A stretch of 62,480 nucleotides of DNA, the filler included. It is 3 parts of 3 records of this genome, joined end to end, with 100 filler letters (N's around TTAATTAATTAA, not from the genome) between each part and the next. Parts side by side here need not be neighbours in the genome. Positions count along the whole stretch, not along the records: positions 22,333 to 51,903 come from SRR22947725_840; 2 more parts are not named here. One strand, given 5' to 3'. Position numbers and translations under genes: made by a program. The notes under the pieces are model-generated. The model worked only from the letters and a program-made list of their open reading frames with translations, was not told where the DNA came from and ran no database searches. This document shows, in pieces, positions 30,301-39,225 of the stretch (its first letter is position 1; each line of letters opens with the position of its first letter).

Positions 30301-30759
30301 TTGAGAAAAATGGATGAATTAAAACAATCTGTTCAATTAGCGGTTCATGAACAAAAAGATCCATTACTTATTTACAAATTTGAGTCATTTGAGCTATTTA
30401 AAGCTATGATTAACCAAGTAAATAAAGATATCTTATCATTTTTATTTAAAGGAGAGATTCCAAGAGAAAATACAAATAATATAACTGAAGCTAGATCAAG
30501 AAAAAAAACTGCTTTAAAAACCTCTAAAGAAGAAATTGCTAATATGGATGAGCTGAGTGCAAGAAACAAAGCAGCTGGAAACAATCAAGGAAGTAATAGA
30601 GAAAGAGTTGAAACTATCATTAGAGATCAACCAAAAATTGGGAGGAATGACAAAGTATTCATAAAAAATATTAAAACTGGGGAAAGTAAACAAGTTAAGT
30701 TCAAACAAGCCGAACCACTGATTGTTAAAGGAGAATGGGTTATTTTTAATAAAAATTAG
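27400..30759 (+). CDS. secA: preprotein translocase SecA (long Bacteroidota type)
   Basis: EMQTGEGKT, TVNDYLAKRD, DEVDS, ATNMAGRGTDI and QLRGRAGRQGDPG motifs. Confidence 0.98.
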   Translation: MSFLNSILKIFVGDKSKQDVKKISPVVKSIISLDEKVSLLSNDELRNKTQDFKSLINDSSKSLNDQIVKLESEVDLTQDFDKKENLYNEIDKLKDEIYLLTEKTLNEILPEAYAVIKETAKRFKNNKQIKVKANNFDREISGTRDYVNLDNDYAIWNNSWDAAGKPITWDMVHYDVQLIGGIAMHQGKIAEMQTGEGKTLVATLPVYLNALSGKGVHLVTVNDYLAKRDSAWMAPIYEFHGLSVDCIDYYKPNSEERKKAYQADITFGTNNEFGFDYLRDNMANSPDDLVQRPHNYAIVDEVDSVLVDDARTPLIISGATPKGDVHEFNELKPKIESIVSVQRKYLTSLLSEAKKMILDGDEEEGSFNLLRVYRGIPKNKALIKFLSEEGVKQLLQKTENFYMQDNNREMPKIDKELYYVIDEKNNQIDLTDKGIEFLSGKDDPNFFIMPEIGIEVSKIESQNFEAKKEASLKESLYRDFGIKSERIHTLSQLLKAYALFEKDTQYVVMENKVMIVDEQTGRIMDGRRYSDGLHQAIEAKENVKIEAATQTFATITLQNYFRMYKKLSGMTGTAVTEAGELWEIYKLDVVEIPTNRPIARDDREDLIYKTKREKYNGVIDEVTKLSKEGRPILIGTTSVEISEVLGKMLGIRNVPHNILNAKLHKKEADIVSQAGNPGQVTIATNMAGRGTDIKLSEQVKNNGGLAIIGTERHDSRRVDRQLRGRAGRQGDPGSSQFYVSLEDNLMRLFGSDKIAKLMDRMGLEEGEVIQHSMITKSIERAQKKVEENNFGIRKRLLEYDDVMSAQREVVYKRRYNALFGDRLKVDIANMIYDTTEIIVENNKLENDYKNFEFELIRYFSFKTNISNEQFSSMSAEEITDQIYNAALKHYLEKIQESALLAFPVIKNVYETQKDKFKRIVVPFTDGIKTLQVITDLEKAYNSKGEQLVKDFEKNISLAIIDDSWKTHLRKMDELKQSVQLAVHEQKDPLLIYKFESFELFKAMINQVNKDILSFLFKGEIPRENTNNITEARSRKKTALKTSKEEIANMDELSARNKAAGNNQGSNRERVETIIRDQPKIGRNDKVFIKNIKTGESKQVKFKQAEPLIVKGEWVIFNKN

Positions 30760-30790
30760 TTAAATTATTAACAATTATTAAAATAATACA

Positions 30791-31780
30791 TTGGTTAATA
30801 TATCTAATACAAGAACTTTAAATCTAATAAATAATATTCTTAATGGAGATACTGTATCTCTGAGTAGGGCAATAACACTAATAGAAAGTAAAAAAAATAG
30901 CGATAGAAAACTAGCAAATAATATTCTAAAAGAGTGTCTCTCTAAGAACAAAAAAACTTCAATTAGAATTGGGATAACTGGTGTTCCAGGAGTTGGAAAA
31001 AGCACTTTTATTGAAGCTTTGGGGACATACTTATCTAAATTAGAAAAAAAAGTAGCAGTTTTAGCTGTTGACCCTTCCAGTTCAATAACTAGAGGTAGTA
31101 TTCTTGGAGATAAAACTAGAATGAAAAATTTAGTCAAAGACCCAAATGTTTATATTCGTCCAAGTCCAGCTGGAAACGAGCTCGGAGGAGTTTCAAATAA
31201 GACTAGGGAGTCCATAATTTTATGTGAATCAGCTGGTTATGACATTATATTGATAGAAACTGTTGGTGTTGGTCAGAGTGAAACAAGTGTTTATGAAATG
31301 GTTGATTATTTTTTATTATTAAAATTAGCAGGAGCTGGTGATGAACTTCAGGGAATTAAGCGTGGAATAATTGAGATGGCAGATTCAATTATTATAAATA
31401 AGTCAGATGGAGATAATATTAGTGCTGCAAATCAAGCACAATCTGAATTTAGTTTGGCACTAAGCCTTTACCCTGTCAAGTTATCCAAATGGAAACCTAA
31501 GGTTACTACATGTAGCTCTATTAACAATAATGGAATTGAAGAAATATGGAAAGATATCTGTGATTATTTTAAACTGACAAAGAAAAATGGATACTTTTTA
31601 AAAAATAGAAATAATCAAAAAAGGAATTGGTTAATGCAGACTATTAATAATAGAATTCAAGATGATTTTTACAATGATAGTAAAACAGTGATTGAAATTG
31701 ATAATCAAATAGAATTGTTAAAGAAAAATAAAACCACTGTTCTAGCTGCTGCTGAAAAAATTATTAAAAATGGTACATAA
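30791..31780 (+). CDS. meaB: methylmalonyl-CoA mutase-associated GTPase MeaB
   Basis: IGITGVPGVGKST, AVDPSS, GSILGDKTRM, ETVGVGQSE and GDELQGIKRG motifs. Confidence 0.95.
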   Translation: MVNISNTRTLNLINNILNGDTVSLSRAITLIESKKNSDRKLANNILKECLSKNKKTSIRIGITGVPGVGKSTFIEALGTYLSKLEKKVAVLAVDPSSSITRGSILGDKTRMKNLVKDPNVYIRPSPAGNELGGVSNKTRESIILCESAGYDIILIETVGVGQSETSVYEMVDYFLLLKLAGAGDELQGIKRGIIEMADSIIINKSDGDNISAANQAQSEFSLALSLYPVKLSKWKPKVTTCSSINNNGIEEIWKDICDYFKLTKKNGYFLKNRNNQKRNWLMQTINNRIQDDFYNDSKTVIEIDNQIELLKKNKTTVLAAAEKIIKNGT

Positions 31781-31781
31781 G

Positions 31782-32495
31782 ATGAAAGAATCCTTAACTA
31801 TTGTAGTTCCAATTTATAATGAAGAACAAAATATTGAAAGACTTTGTAAAGAGCTTAATTCCTTTGTAAAAAAATCAATAGTTGAAACGCAAATATTATT
31901 AATTAACGATGGGTCTAATGATAATAGTGAAAAATTAATACATAGTCATTGTCGTTCAAATGATAAGTTTAGTTACTTAAGTTTTAAAAAAAATACAGGA
32001 TTGAGTGCTGCTATAAAGGCTGGTTTCGATTACACAAATACAAGCCTAGTTGGTTATATTGATGCGGATCTACAAACCGATCCTGAAGATTTTAATTTAT
32101 TATTAAATAAAATTGATAAATATGATTTAGTAACAGGAGTTAGAACCAAAAGAAAAGATTCATTAATAAAAAATATCTCTTCATTCATTGCTAACTCAAT
32201 TAGAAGAATCTTTACAAATGACAATATGAACGATACTGGTTGTCCATTAAAGATCATTAAAACTAGTTTCGCAAAAAAAATTCCAATGTTTAAAGGAATT
32301 CATAGATTTTTACCTGCTATGATTTTGCTTCAAGGAGGTAAAATTCATCAAGTTCCAGTCAGGCATTATCCTAGAATAGCTGGAAAAGCTAAATTTGGTT
32401 TTTTCAATCGTTTATTTGGTCCACTTATGGATTGTTTTGCCTACTTATGGATGAAAAAGAAGTACATAAATTATCAAATAAAGAAAAATGAATAA
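31782..32495 (+). CDS. GT2 polyprenyl-phosphate glycosyltransferase (ArnC/RgtE/DPM-like)
   Basis: VPIYNEE, INDGSND, DADLQTDPED, DTGCPLK and HRFLP motifs. Confidence 0.9.
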   Translation: MKESLTIVVPIYNEEQNIERLCKELNSFVKKSIVETQILLINDGSNDNSEKLIHSHCRSNDKFSYLSFKKNTGLSAAIKAGFDYTNTSLVGYIDADLQTDPEDFNLLLNKIDKYDLVTGVRTKRKDSLIKNISSFIANSIRRIFTNDNMNDTGCPLKIIKTSFAKKIPMFKGIHRFLPAMILLQGGKIHQVPVRHYPRIAGKAKFGFFNRLFGPLMDCFAYLWMKKKYINYQIKKNE

Positions 32496-33108
32496 CATTA
32501 TTCTTTATCTAATAGGCTTTTCGGCTCAATTATTATTTTCTTCAAGATTAATAATTCAATGGTTTTATTCAGAAAAAGAAAATAAAATAATAACCCCCTC
32601 TGTTTTTTGGATTTTAAGCCTATTAGGATCCTTTTTATTATTTATATATGGGTACCTAAGGGACGATTTTGCAATTATGCTTGGGCAATCACTGACTTAT
32701 TTTATTTACATAAGAAATTTACAATTACAAGGAGAATGGAGTAAATTAAATTTCTACATAAGATTTTTATTTTTGACATTTCCAGTCTATATCATTTTTT
32801 ACTATTACAATAACAACGTAATTGACTTGGATATTTTAATCAGAGAGACTAACATTCCTAGTTGGCTCTTTACATTAGGTGTTACATCTCAACTGATTTT
32901 TAACTTCAGATTTATTTTTCAATGGATATATTCAGAAAACAAAAAAGAATCTAGTCTACCACTTGGATTTTGGTTATTAAGTATAAGCGGATCAATGTTG
33001 ATTTTAGTATATGCTATTTTTAGATTTGATCCAGTACTGTTTATTGGTCATGCAATTGGTTCTTTCATTTACGCAAGAAATATTTACATATATTTTAAAT
33101 TTAATTAG
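32488..33108 (+). CDS. membrane protein with tandem LAB_N (lipid-A-disaccharide synthase N-terminal) domains
   Basis: Two copies of G..Q..F..R...QW.YSE......P..FW.LS..GS. Confidence 0.85.
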   Translation: MNNIILYLIGFSAQLLFSSRLIIQWFYSEKENKIITPSVFWILSLLGSFLLFIYGYLRDDFAIMLGQSLTYFIYIRNLQLQGEWSKLNFYIRFLFLTFPVYIIFYYYNNNVIDLDILIRETNIPSWLFTLGVTSQLIFNFRFIFQWIYSENKKESSLPLGFWLLSISGSMLILVYAIFRFDPVLFIGHAIGSFIYARNIYIYFKFN

Positions 33109-34701
33109 ATGAATGTATCAAAAAATATTTCGAATTCATTTGTGATTTTTATAATTGTCATTGTATGTCTAATCTTTACTGTCAATATTAATCTTGTTGA
33201 TATAACTATTATGGAAGCAAGAAATTTTGTTACCGCCAGGGAAATGCTTCTTGATAATAATTGGCTTATGCCAACATTTAACGGAGAACCAAGGTATCAA
33301 AAACCTCCTTTACCAACATGGACAGCTGCAATATCCACATTAATTGCAGGAACAAAAACACTATATATCTTTAGAATTCCAGGATTTTTATGTTTGGCCC
33401 TTATAGGGATTACTACCTATTACTTTAGCTTAGAATTACTAAAAAATAAAATTTACAGTATTGTAAATTCTTTTATTGCAATTACTTCATTTTATACAAT
33501 TGCTATAATTATAGAGGCTCCATGGGATATATTTAGTCATTCCTTTATGTATATAGCTATTTACTTTATCTATAAAAATTTAAATAATCAAAAGTATTAC
33601 TTCAAAGAAATACTATTAATTATATTATTTATTGCATGCTCTGTTTTATCTAAAGGACCAGTTTCACTCTATGCTCTATTAGCTCCATTTCTAATTTCTT
33701 ACTTTATTTCATATCCCACATCAATTGGAAAAAAATTAGCAAGAATACTACCAATTATAATAGCAGGAATATTAATCGGATCTTCATGGTATATAATGCT
33801 ATTATTTCAAGATTCTGAAAATTTAATTTCTACAACTAGAAAAGAAACTTTAAACTGGACAAATTACAATATTAGACCATTTTACTATTATTGGAGTTTC
33901 TTCATTCAATCTGGTGTTTGGGCAATAATTGGATTAATAAGCCTTAGCTACCCATACTATAAACATAAAATAAAAAGCTATAAAGAATATAAGTTCACAT
34001 TTTTATGGACATTGATAGGAGTAATTTTATTATCCTTAATTCCAGAAAAAAAACCAAGATATTTAATGCCGGTTCTTATTCCATTTGCATTGAACATTGG
34101 GTTTGTTTACAGGTACTTAATTAGTGAATACAATAAAAATAAAAGTGCAAATATTTTTCTTTTTGCACATTATTTACTGATAACATCTATTGGGTTATCA
34201 TTTATAATTGTGAAACTTTATATTTTTAACTTATCAATTAATTTTATAGATATAATCCTCTCTATATTAAGCCTATTGATCCTTTTAAAGTTAATTAATA
34301 TAAAATTTTTAACAATTAAAAAAATTAATATAATTAGTCTCTTAATTATAATTTTATCTATTTCAAATTCTCCAACATTAATATTAAAAACAAATAAAGA
34401 TTATAAGTCAGTGAAGAATTTAAACTCAGATGAATTAGAATTTTATACAAATTATTTAATATCACCTGAGATAATATGGGATTTTGGAAAAAAAATCATT
34501 CTATTAAATGATGTAGAAATAAGAAAAATTACTCAAACTAGGAAAAAATTTGCAGTATTTACAAAAGATCCTATATCGACAAAGGATACAATTATAAATA
34601 AATTGAATTATTCAATTAAGCTAATTTCGAAACATGATCTAAATTCTACAAGCAAAAAAAGTAGACTTATAACATACTATCACTTATTTACCCCTAATTA
34701 A
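33109..34701 (+). CDS. ArnT/GT83-like lipid A glycosyltransferase
   Basis: MEARNFVTAREM, PTFNGEPRYQKPPLPTW, KGPV and EKKPRYLMP motifs, multi-TM. Confidence 0.87.
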   Translation: MNVSKNISNSFVIFIIVIVCLIFTVNINLVDITIMEARNFVTAREMLLDNNWLMPTFNGEPRYQKPPLPTWTAAISTLIAGTKTLYIFRIPGFLCLALIGITTYYFSLELLKNKIYSIVNSFIAITSFYTIAIIIEAPWDIFSHSFMYIAIYFIYKNLNNQKYYFKEILLIILFIACSVLSKGPVSLYALLAPFLISYFISYPTSIGKKLARILPIIIAGILIGSSWYIMLLFQDSENLISTTRKETLNWTNYNIRPFYYYWSFFIQSGVWAIIGLISLSYPYYKHKIKSYKEYKFTFLWTLIGVILLSLIPEKKPRYLMPVLIPFALNIGFVYRYLISEYNKNKSANIFLFAHYLLITSIGLSFIIVKLYIFNLSINFIDIILSILSLLILLKLINIKFLTIKKINIISLLIIILSISNSPTLILKTNKDYKSVKNLNSDELEFYTNYLISPEIIWDFGKKIILLNDVEIRKITQTRKKFAVFTKDPISTKDTIINKLNYSIKLISKHDLNSTSKKSRLITYYHLFTPN

Positions 34702-35253
34702 AATAAGTTTTTCTGCTATTTTATAACTCAATATTCCAAATACAAACCCGACAATTAATCCGAAAATTATATCCAAAGGATAGTGTACTCCAAGGTAAAT
34801 TCTGCTGTAAGAAAACACAATAACCCATAATAATAGAAAATAATTTAAAACTGTATAATTATTATTACTAAATAGTTTGAATAAAAAAACAGAAACAGCA
34901 ATAGAGTTTGAGGCGTGAGCCGAGAAAAAACCATACTTTCCACATCTTACTTCAATAGATCTTAATAAAAAGTTTAAAGTATCATCACGACAAGGGCGAA
35001 GTCTTTGAAAAGAATCTTTTATAACATTGGTGAATTGATCTGTAAGTAATATTAACATTGCAATAGATAGTAAAATAAATAATGATTGTTTTATTGAGAA
35101 ATTTTTAAAAATTAAATAGATAACAAATAGAAAAAATGGAAAATATGTTAATTTATTTGTTAATGTCAACCACAGAAGGTCCCAATTGTTTGAGCCAAGA
35201 TTGTTTAGATAAATAAGAAATTCTCTGTCAAGATTTAAAATATTTTCCATCAT
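34684..35253 (-). CDS. PAP2 family phosphatase (LpxE/LpxF-like candidate)
   Basis: K...RLRP, FFSAHA and SRIYLGVHYPLD motifs. Confidence 0.9.
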   Translation of the reverse strand: MMENILNLDREFLIYLNNLGSNNWDLLWLTLTNKLTYFPFFLFVIYLIFKNFSIKQSLFILLSIAMLILLTDQFTNVIKDSFQRLRPCRDDTLNFLLRSIEVRCGKYGFFSAHASNSIAVSVFLFKLFSNNNYTVLNYFLLLWVIVFSYSRIYLGVHYPLDIIFGLIVGFVFGILSYKIAEKLILIRGK

Positions 35254-35258
35254 AATAA

Positions 35259-35483
35259 TTATTCATATCTACTTACCTCTCTATCATAAAACATAGATGC
35301 TTCTTCTATAAGATTTTTAGTTTGAGTTACTAGCTCCTCCTCATCAGAACTACTAAAACTTTCTAACCATTTTATAGAGTCATTTTCTAAGTTTAAAATA
35401 AATCTAGGATACTCAGTGTGTACAATAAATATTGAATCAGGAAAATCAGTATTATCTCCTAAAATGAACTTAGGTAAATCCAT
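35259..35483 (-). CDS. conserved small acidic hypothetical protein
   Basis: LPKFILGDN...IFIVHTEYPRF, co-directional with MATE and PAP2. Confidence 0.75.
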   Translation of the reverse strand: MDLPKFILGDNTDFPDSIFIVHTEYPRFILNLENDSIKWLESFSSSDEEELVTQTKNLIEEASMFYDREVSRYE

Positions 35484-35487
35484 ATTT

Positions 35488-36858
35488 TTAATTTTTTGTA
35501 ATTAATCTATTTGTTAAAATATTAAACCTAATATACAATAAAGTAGCTGCAATTGTTAATCCACATAATAAGCCTATCCAAATACCCTCACTTCCGAGCA
35601 TATCATCTGAACCTAAAAAATAACTTACAGGAAATCCAATTAACCAATAAGAAATAAATGTAATTAATGTAGGAATCTTTACATCTTGCATACCTCTTAA
35701 AGCAGCTAAAATAATAACTTGAATTGTATCAGATATTTGATAAATAGCAGCAATTATTAATAATTTAGAAGTAATACCTATAACCTCTAAGTTATCATCA
35801 TAATTAATAGGGTTATTTAAATCTACGTAGATATATGGTAAAATGTCGTTAAACAATATAAAACAAAGGGCAAAAAATAGTGCCAATATTAATCCAAGTA
35901 GTAAAATAGAAAACGAAATTCTTCGTAAATCTATATAATTCTTTAAGCCTTTTTGATTCCCTACTCTAACCATTGCAGAAACACTTAATCCACTGGCAAT
36001 CATAAAAGTCATAGAGGATAAATTTAAAGCTATCTGATTTGCAGATTGCGGATTTTCCCCTAATAAACCACTTAACCATATGGCAGTTGTGAAAAAGACA
36101 ACTTCAAACACCATTTGTAAAGAACTAGGTATACCAATATTTAAGATCTTTTTAAACATTAACTTATCAAATTTTATTGATCTGATGTTGTTTAAACATT
36201 CTTTTATTTTTGAGTTGTATTTTATGATTAATATTAAAAAAACTAACATTACAACTCTAGAAATTAAAGTACCAATTGCAGCACCAATAATACCCATTTG
36301 AGGGAAACCAAACTTTCCAAAAATCAAAACATAATTAATTAAAACATTAATTACATTGGCAAGCACTGCAGCGTACATAGGATAGATAGTTAGAGAAAGG
36401 CCATCACAAAATTGCTTAAAAGCTTGAAATATTAATAATGGAATTAAAGAAATGACTACCAGTTCAAGATAGGGCAAAGCTAATTCCACCACTTCTTTTG
36501 GTTGATTCATAAGAAGCATTATATCTCTAAAAAGAAAAATAGATAAAAAGAGTATTAAACTTAGAGCAGTACATAAAATTATCCCATGAAAAAAAGTAGA
36601 TTGTAACTTGTAGTGATTTTTTTCTGAATCTGCTTCAGCAATTAATGGAGTAATAGCAGAAGAAAAACCTATTCCAATTGCCATTCCAATAAAGATAAAA
36701 CTATTACCAAGTGAAACTGCTGCAAGATTTGTTGGGTCTAATTTACCAACCATAATATTGTCAACTAGACTTACTAAAGTATGTCCTAGCATTCCAAGCA
36801 TCACTGGAAGTGACAACTTTAAATTATAACTAAATTCTTTAGTGTAATCCTTTAGCAC
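35488..36858 (-). CDS. MATE family efflux transporter
   Basis: About 12 TM, DNIMVG, NYVLIFGKFGFPQMG, RVGN and ALRGMQD motifs. Confidence 0.93.
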   Translation of the reverse strand: MLKDYTKEFSYNLKLSLPVMLGMLGHTLVSLVDNIMVGKLDPTNLAAVSLGNSFIFIGMAIGIGFSSAITPLIAEADSEKNHYKLQSTFFHGIILCTALSLILFLSIFLFRDIMLLMNQPKEVVELALPYLELVVISLIPLLIFQAFKQFCDGLSLTIYPMYAAVLANVINVLINYVLIFGKFGFPQMGIIGAAIGTLISRVVMLVFLILIIKYNSKIKECLNNIRSIKFDKLMFKKILNIGIPSSLQMVFEVVFFTTAIWLSGLLGENPQSANQIALNLSSMTFMIASGLSVSAMVRVGNQKGLKNYIDLRRISFSILLLGLILALFFALCFILFNDILPYIYVDLNNPINYDDNLEVIGITSKLLIIAAIYQISDTIQVIILAALRGMQDVKIPTLITFISYWLIGFPVSYFLGSDDMLGSEGIWIGLLCGLTIAATLLYIRFNILTNRLITKN

Positions 36859-37449
36859 CTATTTCTTTTTTGAGCTTTTAAAATATTTCATTTCATAGTC
36901 AAAACTCAATTTACCTGATGATATTTTTAATAATTTTTTCTTTAAAAGCTGTTTTTTAAAACTAGATAACTTGTCTGTAAATAAAACTCCTTCAATGTGA
37001 TCATATTCGTGTTGAATCACTCTGGCTAATAAACCATCAAAAGAATCAGTATGTTTATTGAAGTTCTCATCATGATATTGAATTTTTATTTGTTTTTGTC
37101 TTAAAACACCTTCTCTTATATTTGGGATACTTAAACAACCTTCTTCAAAACTCCATTCATCTCCTTTTTCATCAATAATAATAGGATTAATAAATATTTT
37201 TTTAAAAGATTTTAATTGATTTCTGTCATTGTCACTCAAACTATCGTCTTCAGCAAAAGGGTTTGTATCAACAATAAACAGTCGGATCGATAAACCAATT
37301 TGTGGAGCTGCTATGCCTACACCGCTGGCATTATACATTGTTTCAAACATATTTTCGATTAATTCCTTTAGCTTAGGATAATCTTTATTTATAACTTCCG
37401 CCTTTCTTTTTAAAACAGGATGCCCATAAGCTATAATTGGTAAAATCAT
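36859..37449 (-). CDS. def: peptide deformylase
   Basis: GVGIAAPQIG, EGCLSIP and QHEYDHIEG motifs. Confidence 0.97.
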   Translation of the reverse strand: MILPIIAYGHPVLKRKAEVINKDYPKLKELIENMFETMYNASGVGIAAPQIGLSIRLFIVDTNPFAEDDSLSDNDRNQLKSFKKIFINPIIIDEKGDEWSFEEGCLSIPNIREGVLRQKQIKIQYHDENFNKHTDSFDGLLARVIQHEYDHIEGVLFTDKLSSFKKQLLKKKLLKISSGKLSFDYEMKYFKSSKKK

Positions 37450-37500
37450 ATTAAAAATTTTTGTAAAAATACAATAGTTATTTCTAGAATTAAGAAGTAA

Positions 37501-37917
37501 TTAAATTTTTCTGCTTTGTAAATAATCTTGTAAAATTATTGTAGCGCTAACCATGTCTATAGTTGCTTTATTTTTTCTTTTTTTCTTATTTAAACCACCA
37601 TCAATCATTGCTCTAAAAGCAAGTTTTGAAGTAAATCTTTCGTCAAATCTTTCTATTATTATCTCAGGAAAATTATTATTAATTATCTTAATATACTTTA
37701 AAATTAATGGTTCTATCAAAGAATCCTGATTCAACATATTTTTAGGCTGACCAATTACTATAATTTCTACTTGTTCATTTTTAAAATAATTTTTTAAAAA
37801 ATCAATTAGATTGTCTGTAGTTATTGTAATTAATCCAGAAGCAATTATTTGGCTTTCATCAGTTATAGCTATTCCACATCTTTTAGAACCAAAATCTATT
37901 GAGAGTATTCTAGGCAT
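37501..37917 (-). CDS. ruvX: Holliday junction resolvase-like RuvX/YqgF
   Basis: SIDFGSKRCGIA, DERFTS and SATIILQDYL motifs. Start placed at MPRIL because a promoter lies in the upstream extension. Confidence 0.94.
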   Translation of the reverse strand: MPRILSIDFGSKRCGIAITDESQIIASGLITITTDNLIDFLKNYFKNEQVEIIVIGQPKNMLNQDSLIEPLILKYIKIINNNFPEIIIERFDERFTSKLAFRAMIDGGLNKKKRKNKATIDMVSATIILQDYLQSRKI

Positions 37918-37924
37918 AGTTGTA

Positions 37925-38005
37925 CAAATATAGTGCAACTAATAAATAATTTATTATATTTTTTTTAATACTTCATTAAATGAATCTATAATAGAATTAT
38001 ATTTG
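37925..38005. promoter_or_regulatory. divergent Bacteroidota -7 promoter pair (ruvX / dapD)
   Basis: TATATTTG on the minus strand at 37932-37925 and on the plus strand at 37998-38005. Confidence 0.7.
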
Positions 38006-38022
38006 TTAGTAAGAACACTACA

Positions 38023-38835
38023 ATGGAATTAAAACAAAAAATAGAACTAGCATGGGACAATAGAGACTTGTTAACTGATTCAAGCACTATTAAAGCGATT
38101 AATGATACTATTGAGTTAGTTGACTCTGGTAAATTGAGAGTTGCTCAATTAAATCAGTCCAAATGGATTGTTAATGAATGGGTTAAAAAAGCAGTTTTAT
38201 TATACTTTCCTATAAATAAAATGACAACTTTACAAGCTGGGCCACTAGAATTTCATGACAAAATACCTTTAAAAAGAGATTATGCCAAAAAAGGAATAAG
38301 GGTTGTTCCAAGTGCTATATCTAGATATGGATCCTATATTTCTTCCGGATGTATATTAATGCCTAGTTATGTTAATATTGGAGCTTATATTGGTAAAGGC
38401 ACAATGGTAGATACTTGGGCTACTGTTGGTAGTTGTGCTCAAATTGGTGAAAACGTTCACATTTCTGGCGGTGTAGGAATTGGAGGTGTTTTAGAGCCTG
38501 TACAAGCTTCGCCTGTAATAATTGAGGATAATGTTTTTTTAGGCTCAAGAAGTATTATAGTTGAAGGAGTAATTATTAGAAAAGAAGCTGTTCTTGGAGC
38601 TAATGTAGTTTTGACTGCTTCTACTAAAATTATTGATGTTACTAATGATATTTCTATAGAAATAAAAGGAGAAATCCCTGCAAGATCAGTGGTAATTCCT
38701 GGAACAGTTCCAAAAAAGTTTAAAGCTGGAACTTACAACGTTCCATGTGCGCTAATTATTGGCAAAAGAAAGGAAAGTACAGATAAAAAAACTTCGTTAA
38801 ATCAAGTTCTTAGGGAACATAATTTAGCCGTATAA
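38023..38835 (+). CDS. dapD: tetrahydrodipicolinate N-succinyltransferase
   Basis: EWVKKAVLLYF, MPSYVNIGAY, MVDTWATVGSCAQIG and GIGGVLEP motifs. Confidence 0.96.
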   Translation: MELKQKIELAWDNRDLLTDSSTIKAINDTIELVDSGKLRVAQLNQSKWIVNEWVKKAVLLYFPINKMTTLQAGPLEFHDKIPLKRDYAKKGIRVVPSAISRYGSYISSGCILMPSYVNIGAYIGKGTMVDTWATVGSCAQIGENVHISGGVGIGGVLEPVQASPVIIEDNVFLGSRSIIVEGVIIRKEAVLGANVVLTASTKIIDVTNDISIEIKGEIPARSVVIPGTVPKKFKAGTYNVPCALIIGKRKESTDKKTSLNQVLREHNLAV

Positions 38836-38847
38836 TTATTTTATATT

Positions 38848-39225
38848 ATGAAAATAATTTTAATTGATGCATGGAATACTTTTATTAAAAATAAAAAAAT
38901 AGATAGTACTATTTATAATATTCTGGAGGGCCTAAAAAATAAAAAAATAATATTAACAAATGCTAATGATAAAGAGCTTGTTAATTACGGTATTATTAAT
39001 ATGCCCTATGAAGTTTTTAGTCTCTCTCACGATCCAAATAAGGATAATCCATTTTACTTTAAATTACTTATTGAAAAATATAGTTTAAGTATTGATAATT
39101 TGATTTATATCGAACACAATAAAGAAGCCGTCAAATCAGCAACATCCCTTGGAATAAAAACACATCATTATAATCCTCATGAACCTATTGAAGAACTTTC
39201 TAAATTTTTATTAAAAAACCTGTAA
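38848..39225 (+). CDS. minimal HAD-like protein
   Basis: ILIDAWNT, ILTNA, P.K.NP.YF, YIEHN and ATSLGI follow the HAD motif order. Confidence 0.65.
   Translation: MKIILIDAWNTFIKNKKIDSTIYNILEGLKNKKIILTNANDKELVNYGIINMPYEVFSLSHDPNKDNPFYFKLLIEKYSLSIDNLIYIEHNKEAVKSATSLGIKTHHYNPHEPIEELSKFLLKNL

Noticed and set aside
19320-37917. Two ruvX genes as a duplication
   Set aside because: They lie on different contigs from apparently different phyla.
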